Numbered from the stretch's first letter, positions 1 through 10,124 are shown. The stretch: 60,299 nucleotides of DNA from an uncultured virus (IMG/VR IMGVR_UViG_3300029305_001143) (IMGVR_UViG_3300029305_001143), one strand, 5' to 3'. The notes: generated by a model from the sequence alone, not told the origin. Numbers and translations: made by a program.

Positions 1-1207
1 AGAAGGGGTTCTTGTAGACAGTCCACTTGTTGGACAGAGTACCGATCTTGTGAGGACCATTGATCTGCTTAGTGCCCAGAGAGTCAGCCTTGAACTCTTC
101 CAGAGTCTCGATGATGTTACACACATTGACACCAGCGATGATGAAGTTAGCTCCAACACGCTTAGTGCTAGTGAAGATCTTGTTGCTCATCTCAGTGAAC
201 ATATCGATGATAGTACGCTTGTACTCCTGGTAGCTCAGAGAAGACTTGGGATTCTGGCAGTCCCACTCGAAGCCAGTGTGAGCAGCCTTAGCATACAGTT
301 CCTTCAGCAGCTCGCCGTCGATCTCGAACTTGATCTCGTTGGACATAGCAGTGACCAGCTCGGACTCAGCGTCGATGCCCTTCATCTTCTGCAGTTCGAA
401 GCCAGCATCAAGCAGCCAACGAGCACGCAGCTTGCGAGGGAAGGCTTCCAGAGACACAGAAGCCAGATCCAGATCGATCTGAGAGAAACCAGTGGTAGTC
501 AGATCCATGTCGTAGCGATAGTCGACAGTGATAGGAGCGTCAGCAGCAGGAGCAGTGGTGAACTGCATGACTAGAGCACCAGTAGCATAGTTGATAGTAC
601 CAGTGACACCAGCACCCTCGATAGCACCCTCGCCATTATCAGTAGCCAGGATACCGCCAGCATTGATAGCCACAGTGCCCTTGCGCAGAGGAGTGTAAGC
701 CAGAGCGACAGAGAACTCGGTCTTAGAGCCATCACCTAGACCAGCAGACTCACCGAAGATTCTGTCATTGGAGAAGTTGAACTCTCCATCCTGACCAGTG
801 AAGGGGTTGTTCAGAGCAGTGCCCTGCTGAACAGTGCCCTTGTTATTACCATACAGATACTGCAGGTAGAAGATAGCACCATGCTTGGCGTTCATAGGCT
901 GAACGGACACGATCTCGTGAGCGATCAGGTTAGGAACAGTAGCGGAGATGACATCGAAGCCATAGTCGATGAAGGTACCCAGGTTAACAGCACGAGTAGT
1001 CTCGTCCATACGAGCAGCGTACTGATAGGTGTTCTCCAGCAGAGTAGCAGTGGTAGCGATGATAGTGTCGGAGATAGAAGTCTTGTTCTTCTCCTGATAT
1101 CCTTCACGGATAGCGACAGTGTAGTCTTTCCATCTACGAGACTCAGACAGATCTAAGCCACGAGCAATGACACTCTCAGCGAGAGTCTTGTTATTACTGA
1201 ACTTCAT
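1..1207 (-). CDS. Major capsid protein, T4 gp23-like (3' end outside window)
   Basis: Not in the ORF track because it has no stop in the window. Hand translation from ATG 1207 (RBS GGAGG): MKFSNNKTLAES...VPNLIAHEIVSVQPM...IFYL...RKLRARW...GIDAESEL...EIKFEIDGE...VYKNPF, which are gp23 motifs. Lies downstream of the prohead protease. Confidence 0.93.
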   Translation of the reverse strand, partial: MKFSNNKTLAESVIARGLDLSESRRWKDYTVAIREGYQEKNKTSISDTIIATTATLLENTYQYAARMDETTRAVNLGTFIDYGFDVISATVPNLIAHEIVSVQPMNAKHGAIFYLQYLYGNNKGTVQQGTALNNPFTGQDGEFNFSNDRIFGESAGLGDGSKTEFSVALAYTPLRKGTVAINAGGILATDNGEGAIEGAGVTGTINYATGALVMQFTTAPAADAPITVDYRYDMDLTTTGFSQIDLDLASVSLEAFPRKLRARWLLDAGFELQKMKGIDAESELVTAMSNEIKFEIDGELLKELYAKAAHTGFEWDCQNPKSSLSYQEYKRTIIDMFTEMSNKIFTSTKRVGANFIIAGVNVCNIIETLEEFKADSLGTKQINGPHKIGTLSNKWTVYKNPF

Positions 1208-1223
1208 TGTGAATTAACCTCCA

Positions 1224-2342
1224 TTATACTTTTGATACTATAGCAGCCAACCCTGACAGCTTTCTATCCTTCTTGAGGATCTCACTCTCAGTCAGAGTTT
1301 GACTCTCAATCTTGATCTTAGCTGGACGAGTTCTACCTAGTGAAGACAGAGAATTCAATCTATTCTCGATTTCTTCGTCAGTAGTCGCTCCTTCTAGCAG
1401 CTCCGATACTTTACTATAAGACATGCCACGCTTTTCAACAGCTAGCTGCTTCTGAGTCTCAATAAGCTTCTCCTGCATCTGATCGTAATCTTCTCTAGTC
1501 AGCGAAGATTCCTTCAGAGAATTGTAAGCTTCTTGGAGCTTGAACATATTCTTGAGTAGCTTCTTGTACTTAGACTCAGACTCTTTTAGCTCTTGCTTCA
1601 GACTCTTGATCTGTTCTCTTGACTTGACTAATAGCTCAGTATCTGATTCGATAGTAGCTTGTGAAGATTCTAATAGACTTCTTAGACTATTGATCTCCAC
1701 TTCTTGTATATTAATCTCTTCGTTAGGAGTAGTCTTCCTCTCGATGAGAGATTCACGGATTCTATGTATCATATCCCGGATAGATTGAGTCTCTACTGCT
1801 TCATTCAAAGGTAGCTTAGACTCGATATAGTGTAAGCTATCAGAGAGCTCAGTAGATTTATCTGGAGATAAGATAGCGCTAGCGAATGATGGATCAGCTA
1901 CTAAGTCATAAGTGATAAGCTTCAACTGAGTAACATCTACTCCATCTCTAACTTGTCTAGTAGCTCCCAGACCTCTGGAAGAGATACCTAAGGGAATGCC
2001 TGCCTTGACTAGTGCTTGAGCTATCAGACCTGCAGGAGTATCTAGTAGTTCGACAGAACCATAGATCTTCTTGACTCCTCCATCTTCCATGATCTCACAG
2101 TCAGTGATAACATGAGAGACATTAGAGAGTCTGATCTCATCATAGTCCATAGGGTGATCCAATTCACCTAGCAGTCTCTTCTCTTTAATTTTAGGTATCA
2201 AGTCTTCATATGCAGGTACATACACCTCTTCAGGATATCTTCTACCATTCTGATTGAAGGTACCTATCTCAGCGAACAGACCTGATAGAGTCTTTTCGTC
2301 TTGAGCTAGCAGAGGATGTAATGAATTTTCTACAAGCTGCAT
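1224..2342 (-). CDS. Prohead protease, T4 gp21-like, with C-terminal coiled-coil extension
   Basis: Motifs NQNGRRYP, GELDHP, SSRGLG, YDLVADPS. ATG 2342 chosen because of the GAGGTG RBS; the track starts at 2354. Confidence 0.92.
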   Translation of the reverse strand: MQLVENSLHPLLAQDEKTLSGLFAEIGTFNQNGRRYPEEVYVPAYEDLIPKIKEKRLLGELDHPMDYDEIRLSNVSHVITDCEIMEDGGVKKIYGSVELLDTPAGLIAQALVKAGIPLGISSRGLGATRQVRDGVDVTQLKLITYDLVADPSFASAILSPDKSTELSDSLHYIESKLPLNEAVETQSIRDMIHRIRESLIERKTTPNEEINIQEVEINSLRSLLESSQATIESDTELLVKSREQIKSLKQELKESESKYKKLLKNMFKLQEAYNSLKESSLTREDYDQMQEKLIETQKQLAVEKRGMSYSKVSELLEGATTDEEIENRLNSLSSLGRTRPAKIKIESQTLTESEILKKDRKLSGLAAIVSKV

Positions 2343-2397
2343 TGAAGTGATCACCTCGTTTCTATTAATAAAGTGTAATATTAGTGGATACTATAGA

Positions 2398-2432
2398 AAT
2401 ACTGAGTGCAGTACTTAACCACACTCAGTATT
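2398..2432 (-). terminator. Inverted repeat, possible terminator
   Basis: AATACTGAGTG-N13-CACTCAGTATT between the core protein and protease genes. Confidence 0.45.
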
Positions 2433-2443
2433 CTACGTTATAT

Positions 2444-4336
2444 TTACTTACCTAGGATAGCTTGAGCCTGAGGATGCAGAGACTCATTGACCTCTTTCTC
2501 CAGCTCCTGCCACTTATCTCTGTATCTACCAACTCCACCAGCATCGGAAGAAGCCATAGTCTTAGTCAGACGATCCTGTTCAGCCTTGCTCATCTTCTCG
2601 AATTCCTTCTTAGTCACCCAAGGAGTACCATCGGCATCGCACATACAGATCTCTTTAGCCTCACGAGCTCTCTTAGCCTTACGCATCTCAGTCAAGTGAC
2701 GCTTCAGCTCAGCTAACTCATCATCAGTGATATCTTCATCATCTTCAGGACTCTCAGGCTCCTCCTCAGGAGTCTCTTCTGACTCAGGCTCCTCAGCAGG
2801 ATCCTCCTCAGGCTCTTCCTCTCCTTCAGGCTCTTCACCAGTGAGCTCAGCGATCTGCTCATCAGTAATGCCTGGTAGATTCAGCACTTCCTCAGTATCC
2901 TTAGCTAGCTGCTCCTGTACTCCAGGATCCTCAGTATCGCCATGCTCATCAGCTAACTCCTTGTGTAACTCGACACGAGCGTCAGCGTACTCCTGATTGA
3001 AGTCTTCCTCTTCCTCAGAGATGATATCACCTTCCTCGTCAGAGATGAAATCATTCTCTTCATCTTCGATAGGAGGTAACTCCTCTTCCTCTTCATCCTC
3101 TAGTAGCAGAGCCTCAGAGAACTTAGCTAGAGACTTCATAGTCTTCTTGCTAGGAGCCTTACCTTCCTTCAGACTACCTAGGACACTCTCGACATCCTTA
3201 GATAATATAGAAGTACACTCTTTGAAGATAGTAATGAACTCAGGATTATGCTCTAACTCAACTGAGAAGTGAGTCATAGCAGAATTAGCAGCCTTGTATA
3301 GATTGATAGCTTCTTGACGAGTCAGAGCATTACCTTCCTTCAGCTTCTCATGCATCTTCTTGAAGGTTTTCATGAAAGCCTTATCCTTCGACTTAGCAGC
3401 AAAATCAGACAGTCCCTTGTAGGACCTAGACTCTGTTACATTCTTAGACTCTCCGAAGAACTCATACTCTCCCTCGACGTAGATATCAGTCAGATCGTCT
3501 TCAATAGAGATCATATCTCCTGCCATATCTAATCCTAAATTTCTTAGAGTAGTAGCTAATGCTGAGATCATCTTAGAGTTACTACCTCCGAAGCTGAGTC
3601 CATAGGAATCAGGATTAGCTTCTGCAGGAAATGCTACATCCATAATTACCTGATAAACTTTAAAGTTACTAGAGTCTTCTTCATTAAGTGTCTTCTCCTT
3701 AGACTCCTCGACAGGAGCCTGAGGCTGAGAAGCTGCAGCTTTGCGTTCCTTACGGATAGTCTCAAGGTGCTTAGTTAGCTCTTCTAGCTCCTCGTCAGTC
3801 AGGTCAGGCTCTTCAGCTTCCTCTAATCCTTTGTAAGCAATCTTAGGATTCCTCTGTCTGAACTCTCTCTGAGCTCTCTCCTCTTGGTCAGCTTTCTCTC
3901 TAGCATCTCTCTTCTGCAGATAGTTAGGATCACTGACTGTACGCTTGATGAATTCTTCCTTTCTCTTCTGAAAGTCTGCCTTAGGATCCTTCTTCTTGAA
4001 GAGACCTTCGTCCATGTCCCCTAGAGCTCTCTCTTCCTTAGGCTCTACCTCATCGTAGCACTTCTCAGGTACCAGATCTTCATCCTTCATCTGACCAGAC
4101 TCTACCAGACTCTTCAGTTCCTTGATAGTACCTAACTGCTTGGAGAGACGATCAGTCTCAGTAGGATGATTCTTTACATCCAGTAAGTGAGCTTCAGCTA
4201 GCTTATATAAACTAGTACCTTTCTCACACTGGAAGGTGAGCTTGTAGCTCTCAGAGACCATATCAGACAGACTGTATCTACGAACAGGATTCTCTGTCAT
4301 CTTCAGATTCTCTAACAAAGATTTATAGTTTCTCAT
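2444..4336 (-). CDS. Acidic prohead core/scaffold-like protein
   Basis: Between portal and protease. Very Glu-rich, with many hydrophobic-x-E(S/A) sites and an internal repeat. Confidence 0.65.
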   Translation of the reverse strand: MRNYKSLLENLKMTENPVRRYSLSDMVSESYKLTFQCEKGTSLYKLAEAHLLDVKNHPTETDRLSKQLGTIKELKSLVESGQMKDEDLVPEKCYDEVEPKEERALGDMDEGLFKKKDPKADFQKRKEEFIKRTVSDPNYLQKRDAREKADQEERAQREFRQRNPKIAYKGLEEAEEPDLTDEELEELTKHLETIRKERKAAASQPQAPVEESKEKTLNEEDSSNFKVYQVIMDVAFPAEANPDSYGLSFGGSNSKMISALATTLRNLGLDMAGDMISIEDDLTDIYVEGEYEFFGESKNVTESRSYKGLSDFAAKSKDKAFMKTFKKMHEKLKEGNALTRQEAINLYKAANSAMTHFSVELEHNPEFITIFKECTSILSKDVESVLGSLKEGKAPSKKTMKSLAKFSEALLLEDEEEEELPPIEDEENDFISDEEGDIISEEEEDFNQEYADARVELHKELADEHGDTEDPGVQEQLAKDTEEVLNLPGITDEQIAELTGEEPEGEEEPEEDPAEEPESEETPEEEPESPEDDEDITDDELAELKRHLTEMRKAKRAREAKEICMCDADGTPWVTKKEFEKMSKAEQDRLTKTMASSDAGGVGRYRDKWQELEKEVNESLHPQAQAILGK

Positions 4337-4368
4337 AACTTACCTCTCTTTACTAATAGTCTTAGTAA

Positions 4369-6048
4369 TTATTCACCATCACCTATACTAGGTAAGAGTG
4401 ATTCTTTGATACGCTCGAAGTTCTCTTCATTTTTACCATCTTTACTAGGATACATTGCTCTTAGATCAGAGTGCTTATAGACATGATGACTCAATACTCT
4501 AGTATTCTCTTCCTTCGATCTATTGAAGATGATATCTAGTGTCTGGTCATCTATCTCCAGATACTCCTTCATGATCTTCTCAGCAGCTACTTCTAGTTGC
4601 AGAGGATTCTCAGATGTAGCATCTAGCATATCCTTCATAGAGGTCAGTAAGTCCCACATATCTCTTGCATTACCTATCTGCCTCTGTTGTTGCTCTGCTC
4701 TAGCTTCTTCGTCTATAGCAGATACAGGAGTCAGTGTAATATCTAGATCTAACTCATCAGGGTCTAATCCTAAGTAAGCTAAGTGGATACTGATGAGTCT
4801 CTTCAGTCCAGATACCATAGTATTCTGGAGCTGTCCTACGGATCTAGCATATCGGATATCTAACTGAATCAGAGTAGATCTTGCATTCAAGTCTTGCTCA
4901 TAGTTCAGATAAGCCTTAGGGATTTTCAGAGCAGCGAATAGCTTGTTGAGCAGATACTCTAAGTCATACTGCTCTTTCATATTCGCATCCCCACCTACGG
5001 ACTCGATACGAACATCATTCTGAGGATCTCCCACTGGGATGAAAATATCCTCGTCATAATTGATAGTATGCTTCGAAGAGGAGTAGATGCCTTCTTCGAT
5101 ATTCATATTGATATCTTTCTTCAGTAGATTAGCGTAGTTACGTATAGTTTCATACGCCTTGTCAGGTGTGACATCACCTACATTGATAAGGAAGATATTT
5201 CTACGGATACTATTAGTCAGGCGAGAGAGTAGTAGCATATTCTCTACGAATCTTAGCTGAGCATATACTTTGATAGCAGGTCGTAAGATAGACTGACCAT
5301 ATGCAGAAGTTAAATTCTTATCAAAAGTATCCTTAGTTAGTCCTAGTCTTGCGTAGCTACTCTCTTCCTTGTAGATATCACCTTTATGTCGGAAATGGAT
5401 GAACTCCCAAGGAGCGTACAAGTCTTCATTAGAGTAGACAGTATTCTGGTTATTAGCGAACGCTACTAACTTGCCATTCATATCTCTACGATCAATGATA
5501 CCTGGATAGATTGTATCATTGATGTAAGTGACACCTTGTTCATAATCTCCGTCGACTCTAACGAATAAGTCTCCGTACTTAGCTACTGCTCTAGCCCACT
5601 TAGCTACCTTATCCTCTAACTCGAACTCTGCTATGAACTCTTCTACTAGAGCAGTAACCTTAGAAGACTCTGAAGTCACATGGATGATGATACCATCCTC
5701 ATCAGCTTGAGTAGCATCATCTGACATGATGTCCAGAGCAGAAGAAATATAAGCAGTACTCTCATCCATCTCATCATAGATCTCATATCTCTGATTTCTA
5801 GTATGAGGAGTATTACCTACAGAGTTAAAGTTAGAAGAACTGAATACTGATCGTAGGAGAGCAAAATAGTCAGTCATAGATTGACTTCTCTCTCCTGCTT
5901 CATTATAGATTTGATTCTTAGCTATAGCAACTAACTGGTCTATATCTGCAGGTTTCAGATTAGCTATGTACTTTAATAGAGCAGCTTCATCAGGACCTTG
6001 AGATACAGGAGTAGGCTCTACAGTATCACTCTTTTTAAATAGTGCCAC
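4369..6048 (-). CDS. Portal protein, T4 gp20-like
   Basis: YDEMD...ISSALDIMSDD, KYGDLF, YGQSILRPA..VYAQLRFVEN.LL.RL, FLINVG, DLEYLLNKLFAALKIPKAYL, DIRYAR; head-module synteny. Confidence 0.92.
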   Translation of the reverse strand: MALFKKSDTVEPTPVSQGPDEAALLKYIANLKPADIDQLVAIAKNQIYNEAGERSQSMTDYFALLRSVFSSSNFNSVGNTPHTRNQRYEIYDEMDESTAYISSALDIMSDDATQADEDGIIIHVTSESSKVTALVEEFIAEFELEDKVAKWARAVAKYGDLFVRVDGDYEQGVTYINDTIYPGIIDRRDMNGKLVAFANNQNTVYSNEDLYAPWEFIHFRHKGDIYKEESSYARLGLTKDTFDKNLTSAYGQSILRPAIKVYAQLRFVENMLLLSRLTNSIRRNIFLINVGDVTPDKAYETIRNYANLLKKDINMNIEEGIYSSSKHTINYDEDIFIPVGDPQNDVRIESVGGDANMKEQYDLEYLLNKLFAALKIPKAYLNYEQDLNARSTLIQLDIRYARSVGQLQNTMVSGLKRLISIHLAYLGLDPDELDLDITLTPVSAIDEEARAEQQQRQIGNARDMWDLLTSMKDMLDATSENPLQLEVAAEKIMKEYLEIDDQTLDIIFNRSKEENTRVLSHHVYKHSDLRAMYPSKDGKNEENFERIKESLLPSIGDGE

Positions 6049-6120
6049 CTCTTCACCTCCTTGCTTACGATATATAGTGAGAGTTCTACTACTATGCTAT
6101 ACGAAAATTAGTATAGTACA

Positions 6121-6513
6121 TCACTCTGACTTCTCGTACTCTAATTTAGATTTGTCCAGCTCATTCAGATGATTCAGTACTGCAAGTACTGCTTGATATA
6201 CTTGGATGATAGTTTCTACGTCAGAGGCAGGCATCTCTCCGTAGCTCTTCATCTTCATGTAGAATGTATCCTCTGCAATCATATGAGTGATATCAGGATG
6301 TCTATAACCTTCCTTGATAGGCTCTATAATTAGCTCTGGAACAGTAGAACCTCCTGAGCTTTGAGGGATCATATCTACTAGTTTATACCCAGCTTTCCTC
6401 AAGAAGATATCTAGCTGGTAAGCATTAGGCTGACCCTGTGGATCCCACTTACTGTTCAATGTCTTCTTAGTATTGAAAGCTTCCTTGATTTTATCTTTCA
6501 TACCCAATCTCAT
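6121..6513 (-). CDS. Hypothetical protein
   Basis: 130-aa ORF with a GGAGG RBS. Confidence 0.7.
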   Translation of the reverse strand: MRLGMKDKIKEAFNTKKTLNSKWDPQGQPNAYQLDIFLRKAGYKLVDMIPQSSGGSTVPELIIEPIKEGYRHPDITHMIAEDTFYMKMKSYGEMPASDVETIIQVYQAVLAVLNHLNELDKSKLEYEKSE

Positions 6514-6536
6514 ACACTCCCTCCTATATTAATATA

Positions 6537-6560
6537 GAAGGGAGGATCACTCCTCCCTTC
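6537..6560 (-). terminator. Rho-independent terminator-like hairpin
   Basis: GAAGGGAGGA-N4-TCCTCCCTTC followed by an AT-rich tail on the minus strand. Confidence 0.55.
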
Positions 6561-6565
6561 ATGAT

Positions 6566-6670
6566 TTAGAGTATATTACAGCCAATAGCTGTAATTATGT
6601 ACAGTTCATCATGGAACTCCTCAGGGATATTCTGAGTATTATCATCGACTTTTAATTTGATATAACCCAT
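6566..6670 (-). CDS. Small hypothetical protein (34 aa)
   Basis: MGYIKLKVDDNTQNIPEEFHDELYIITAIGCNIL with AGGAGG RBS; below the ORF-track cutoff. Confidence 0.4.
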   Translation of the reverse strand: MGYIKLKVDDNTQNIPEEFHDELYIITAIGCNIL

Positions 6671-6691
6671 GACCTATCCTCCTGAATATAA

Positions 6692-8602
6692 TTAGTCTCT
6701 TAATATCCAGTCATCATTCTCCATCTGGGACTTACGAAGATTAGTTAACTTCTGTAAAGCACTCATAGCAGCATTAACATTAGTATTCTGAGCTACGTGA
6801 TTTCCTTTTAGTTTAGAGTAAAACTCTTGAGCATTATAGACTGCACCACATAGTGAGTCGGAGATATCCTTCGAACCAGGACTACCATCATACTTCACTA
6901 TAGGGTGATCTACCTTCTTCGCTTTTCTATCATACTCTAAGTCACGTAATTCCTCTACTACAATACTATTGTAGTACCCTACCAGTCTCTGCTCTAGTAT
7001 ACAAGCTCTAAGATTTAGATAAGGAACATCAGTTCTATCTACAGATAGTAGACCTGCAGGCAATCCAGACATCTGTAAAAGCTGGATACTGTCAGCTGAC
7101 TGGAATCCGTCGTACGTAATCTTCTTGAACTTGTATCCTATATAAGAGCTCAACCAAAGCAGGAACTCACGAATCTTGTAGAGAGGAATCTCACTACCTG
7201 GGATGGCTTTGACACCTAACATCAGGTCAATATCATACACATTCTCAGAGATCTTATCTATAGCTCCCGTAGGTGTGTATCTCTCTACTGTGATCTCCTT
7301 GCTACTATGAACTACCGTGAGTCCTAGTCTGTCTCCTTTCAAGCCAATATCGATATGTGCGAATCTTGGCTTGTTGAGATCTCTTCTCAAGATTGATAGA
7401 TCATCCAAGAAATCTCTAATATCATCTACACTATCCAATCCCATCTGGAATTCTTCTGTGTAGAATGGAGCTCTTCTGCTCTTGTCGAAGCAGACATCAA
7501 TGCGTCCTGCATAAGGTATCAGCTTGCTAGTAGACACAGCAGAGATACCTGCGATGTCCTTTAGAGCTTCATTGATATCTCCCTCGAATGCTACACGATA
7601 CTCTACTGGGACATCAATGATACGATATCCTCTTTCTATCAGCTCAGATATATTATCATTCGCATCAACGATCTTACTTTCCTTAGTCTTATCTCCAACA
7701 GCTACTTGGAATTTAGCTCCTACGTATGTCTCAGGAGGTTTGATATTCCAGATAGGCTCATCTACTACCCAAGTAGTCTTCAGACTCTTGATACTCTGGA
7801 CATACTGTTCCAAGAAGTCTAGCTCCGTATTCTTAGAGGACACTAGCATCAGGATACCAGGAATACGTCCTTGCTTCAAGAATCGAGACTCAAGTCGTCT
7901 ACGGATGTTACGGTACATGTCCATGACAGAGTTCTTAGAACCCTTAGGAGCACTAGAGAAGTTGACCTCGTCTAGCACAGCTCCTAGTACGTTCTTACCG
8001 ATAGTATGAGTAGTCTGAGAACCTGCCATCAGTGCAATGTTCTTAGGGAACTCAATGGAATACTCGTACTTACCTCTAATATCAACTCTCTCACAGAACC
8101 AAGGAGATAATCTGATAGCTTCCACTATCAGAGAATACAATCCTTGGTATGCTAGATCCAGAGTCAAGTTCATGACTACGAATACTATCTGTGAGTTTCC
8201 AGACAATCCATAGAATTTCTGAGGATCCTTTAAGCACATCGTTCTATACATCAAGTAGATCAGAGCTATCGATGCGACAGTTGTCTTGCCAACACCGATA
8301 GCTCCTGTTAGTGCTACTTCGAAAGCTTTGTCTGGATTGTCATGAAAGAAGTTGTGTAAGAAATTTCTCCAATAAGGATAGATATTCTTACCATTATTGT
8401 AGACTTTACCTAGGTAGTAATCATTCTCTAGGAACTCATCTATCGAGACAGGGATCTCTTCATAATCCACTTTATAGAGACTCTCAATAGGAGATAAATC
8501 TAAAGAAGGAGAGTTGTGTGAAGCTGATAGTAATGCATAGAATAATTTACTTTCTTCTTCGTTGAGATTCTGTATCTGAGGTATGCTAGATAAATTATTC
8601 AA
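6692..8602 (-). CDS. terL: Terminase large subunit
   Basis: Walker A GAIGVGKTT, Walker B VLDE, coupling motif VSS, nuclease motifs HIDIG, YDGFQS, KVDHP, SKDISDS. Confidence 0.93.
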   Translation of the reverse strand: MNNLSSIPQIQNLNEEESKLFYALLSASHNSPSLDLSPIESLYKVDYEEIPVSIDEFLENDYYLGKVYNNGKNIYPYWRNFLHNFFHDNPDKAFEVALTGAIGVGKTTVASIALIYLMYRTMCLKDPQKFYGLSGNSQIVFVVMNLTLDLAYQGLYSLIVEAIRLSPWFCERVDIRGKYEYSIEFPKNIALMAGSQTTHTIGKNVLGAVLDEVNFSSAPKGSKNSVMDMYRNIRRRLESRFLKQGRIPGILMLVSSKNTELDFLEQYVQSIKSLKTTWVVDEPIWNIKPPETYVGAKFQVAVGDKTKESKIVDANDNISELIERGYRIIDVPVEYRVAFEGDINEALKDIAGISAVSTSKLIPYAGRIDVCFDKSRRAPFYTEEFQMGLDSVDDIRDFLDDLSILRRDLNKPRFAHIDIGLKGDRLGLTVVHSSKEITVERYTPTGAIDKISENVYDIDLMLGVKAIPGSEIPLYKIREFLLWLSSYIGYKFKKITYDGFQSADSIQLLQMSGLPAGLLSVDRTDVPYLNLRACILEQRLVGYYNSIVVEELRDLEYDRKAKKVDHPIVKYDGSPGSKDISDSLCGAVYNAQEFYSKLKGNHVAQNTNVNAAMSALQKLTNLRKSQMENDDWILRD

Positions 8603-8630
8603 TGCTCCTCCTCCTACCTAATATAATAGA

Positions 8631-9017
8631 TCAATAAAAGTCTGAAGGTTTCATGCCTGCATCAGCATAAGGATCATATCTCACAGGAGATCCTTCGTAC
8701 TCCGTATCCTCTACTCTCATAGCTTCTTTATATAGCTTAGAGACTCTCTGGAGCATCTCCTCTGGGATATAGTCTTCCATAGAGATAAGCTTCATCTCTA
8801 TCTCTTCAAGCTCGTAGTAGAGATCCCCTCTATCACTGTAAGGGATATCTCTCATCTCTTCCTGAATATCATCTATCCGGTACTCGATCTTATTGAGCTC
8901 CTCTTCAAACTGCTCAGACGTATAGTCCTCATAATCCACTGACTCTTTCAGAGGACGTACCACACGATAGCCTGACTTTCTTAGTATCTTCTTAGCTAGT
9001 CTTATATCTTTATCCAA
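8631..9017 (-). CDS. Putative internal head protein (leader AKKILRKSGYRV...LKES)
   Basis: Leader shared with 10165..11301 and 27130..28470; acidic body. Confidence 0.6.
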   Translation of the reverse strand: MDKDIRLAKKILRKSGYRVVRPLKESVDYEDYTSEQFEEELNKIEYRIDDIQEEMRDIPYSDRGDLYYELEEIEMKLISMEDYIPEEMLQRVSKLYKEAMRVEDTEYEGSPVRYDPYADAGMKPSDFY

Positions 9018-9023
9018 GATGAA

Positions 9024-9806
9024 TCACTTTCCTTCTGCGTCGATCTTATTGAGTACACTCTCGAGGACTCGCTTCTCCTCATCAGTGAACTCAATCTCCT
9101 TTGACTCCCGGATCTGCTTAGACTCCTTATAGGACTTACGCATATACTCTGCAAGCTTATCTTTGATACGCTTCAATGTATTTTCTACCTGCTTGTAGGA
9201 CAATCCAGTCACCTCCATAATATCAGCATTCTTATAGCCCTTAGCCTTAAGTCTGACTACTTCCAGTTCCTTAGGAGAGAACTTCTCCCTCATGAACTTC
9301 TCCAGCTCATCAGCACCTTCTTGACCTAGTACTTCCTCCTCAGGACTGAGACCTTTAGAAGCTACTCTATCTCCTACAGTACCAGAATCTCCATCATCGC
9401 CTACTACCTTATCGTCCAAAGAACCTGCCAGATTATTTATCTTACGAACATCGGCATCTTCTTTACGTAGCATATCAGTTAATTTCCTACTCATAATCAG
9501 ATTAGCGTATGCAGAGAATCCATGCTTATGGACTGTAGGATCATAAGAAGATACAGCCTCCCAGAAAGCTATGGAAGCTACCTGCTTCACATCTTCTTGA
9601 TCTCCTGACCCTGCATCAAAGAAATATCTCCTAGCCTGCTTACTTATGAGAGGATCATACTGCACTAATAGTTCTTCGAAGGCTGTCTGATCTCCATCTT
9701 GTGCCATACGGATGAGATCATCATGATCCATATCTTTATAACTTGCTCTAGCTTCTAGGAGTCTATTCTCATTCAATTTCTTGATGATAGAACGAATACT
9801 ATCCAT
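9024..9806 (-). CDS. sigH: SigH-like RNA polymerase sigma factor with N- and C-terminal extensions
   Basis: YKDMDHDDLIRMAQDGDQTAFEELL..Y..LISKQARRYF...DQEDV.Q...FSAYANL...SLD...SPEEEV...FSPKELEVV..KAKGY...YKQVENTLKRIKDKL follows Bacillota SigH along its whole length. Confidence 0.85.
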   Translation of the reverse strand: MDSIRSIIKKLNENRLLEARASYKDMDHDDLIRMAQDGDQTAFEELLVQYDPLISKQARRYFFDAGSGDQEDVKQVASIAFWEAVSSYDPTVHKHGFSAYANLIMSRKLTDMLRKEDADVRKINNLAGSLDDKVVGDDGDSGTVGDRVASKGLSPEEEVLGQEGADELEKFMREKFSPKELEVVRLKAKGYKNADIMEVTGLSYKQVENTLKRIKDKLAEYMRKSYKESKQIRESKEIEFTDEEKRVLESVLNKIDAEGK

Positions 9807-9820
9807 ACTCTACCTCCTTA

Positions 9821-10099
9821 TTATACTTCGACGAACACCTTATTATTCTTGCCAGCTTTGATATCCTTGATGATATTATTAGCATAATGCCAAGGCACTC
9901 CATTGCACACACCACTGAATCCATGATAACCATAGATATTAGGTAGATCATGGTCAATGGCGATAGCGACAGTACCAGCAAGACCAGTGAGGAGTTCCTC
10001 CAGAGTCTTGCCGATATACTTCTTCAGGTCTTCGTCGAACATAGGATCAAAATCTTCGCTCATACGATTCTCCATGAGCTTCTTGACGATACTGTCCAT
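9821..10099 (-). CDS. Putative internal head protein (leader MDSIVKKLMENRMSE)
   Basis: Shared leader; first gene after the class I promoter at 10125. Confidence 0.6.
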   Translation of the reverse strand: MDSIVKKLMENRMSEDFDPMFDEDLKKYIGKTLEELLTGLAGTVAIAIDHDLPNIYGYHGFSGVCNGVPWHYANNIIKDIKAGKNNKVFVEV

Positions 10100-10124
10100 A
10101 ATTAATCTCCTCTCAGATTAATGA

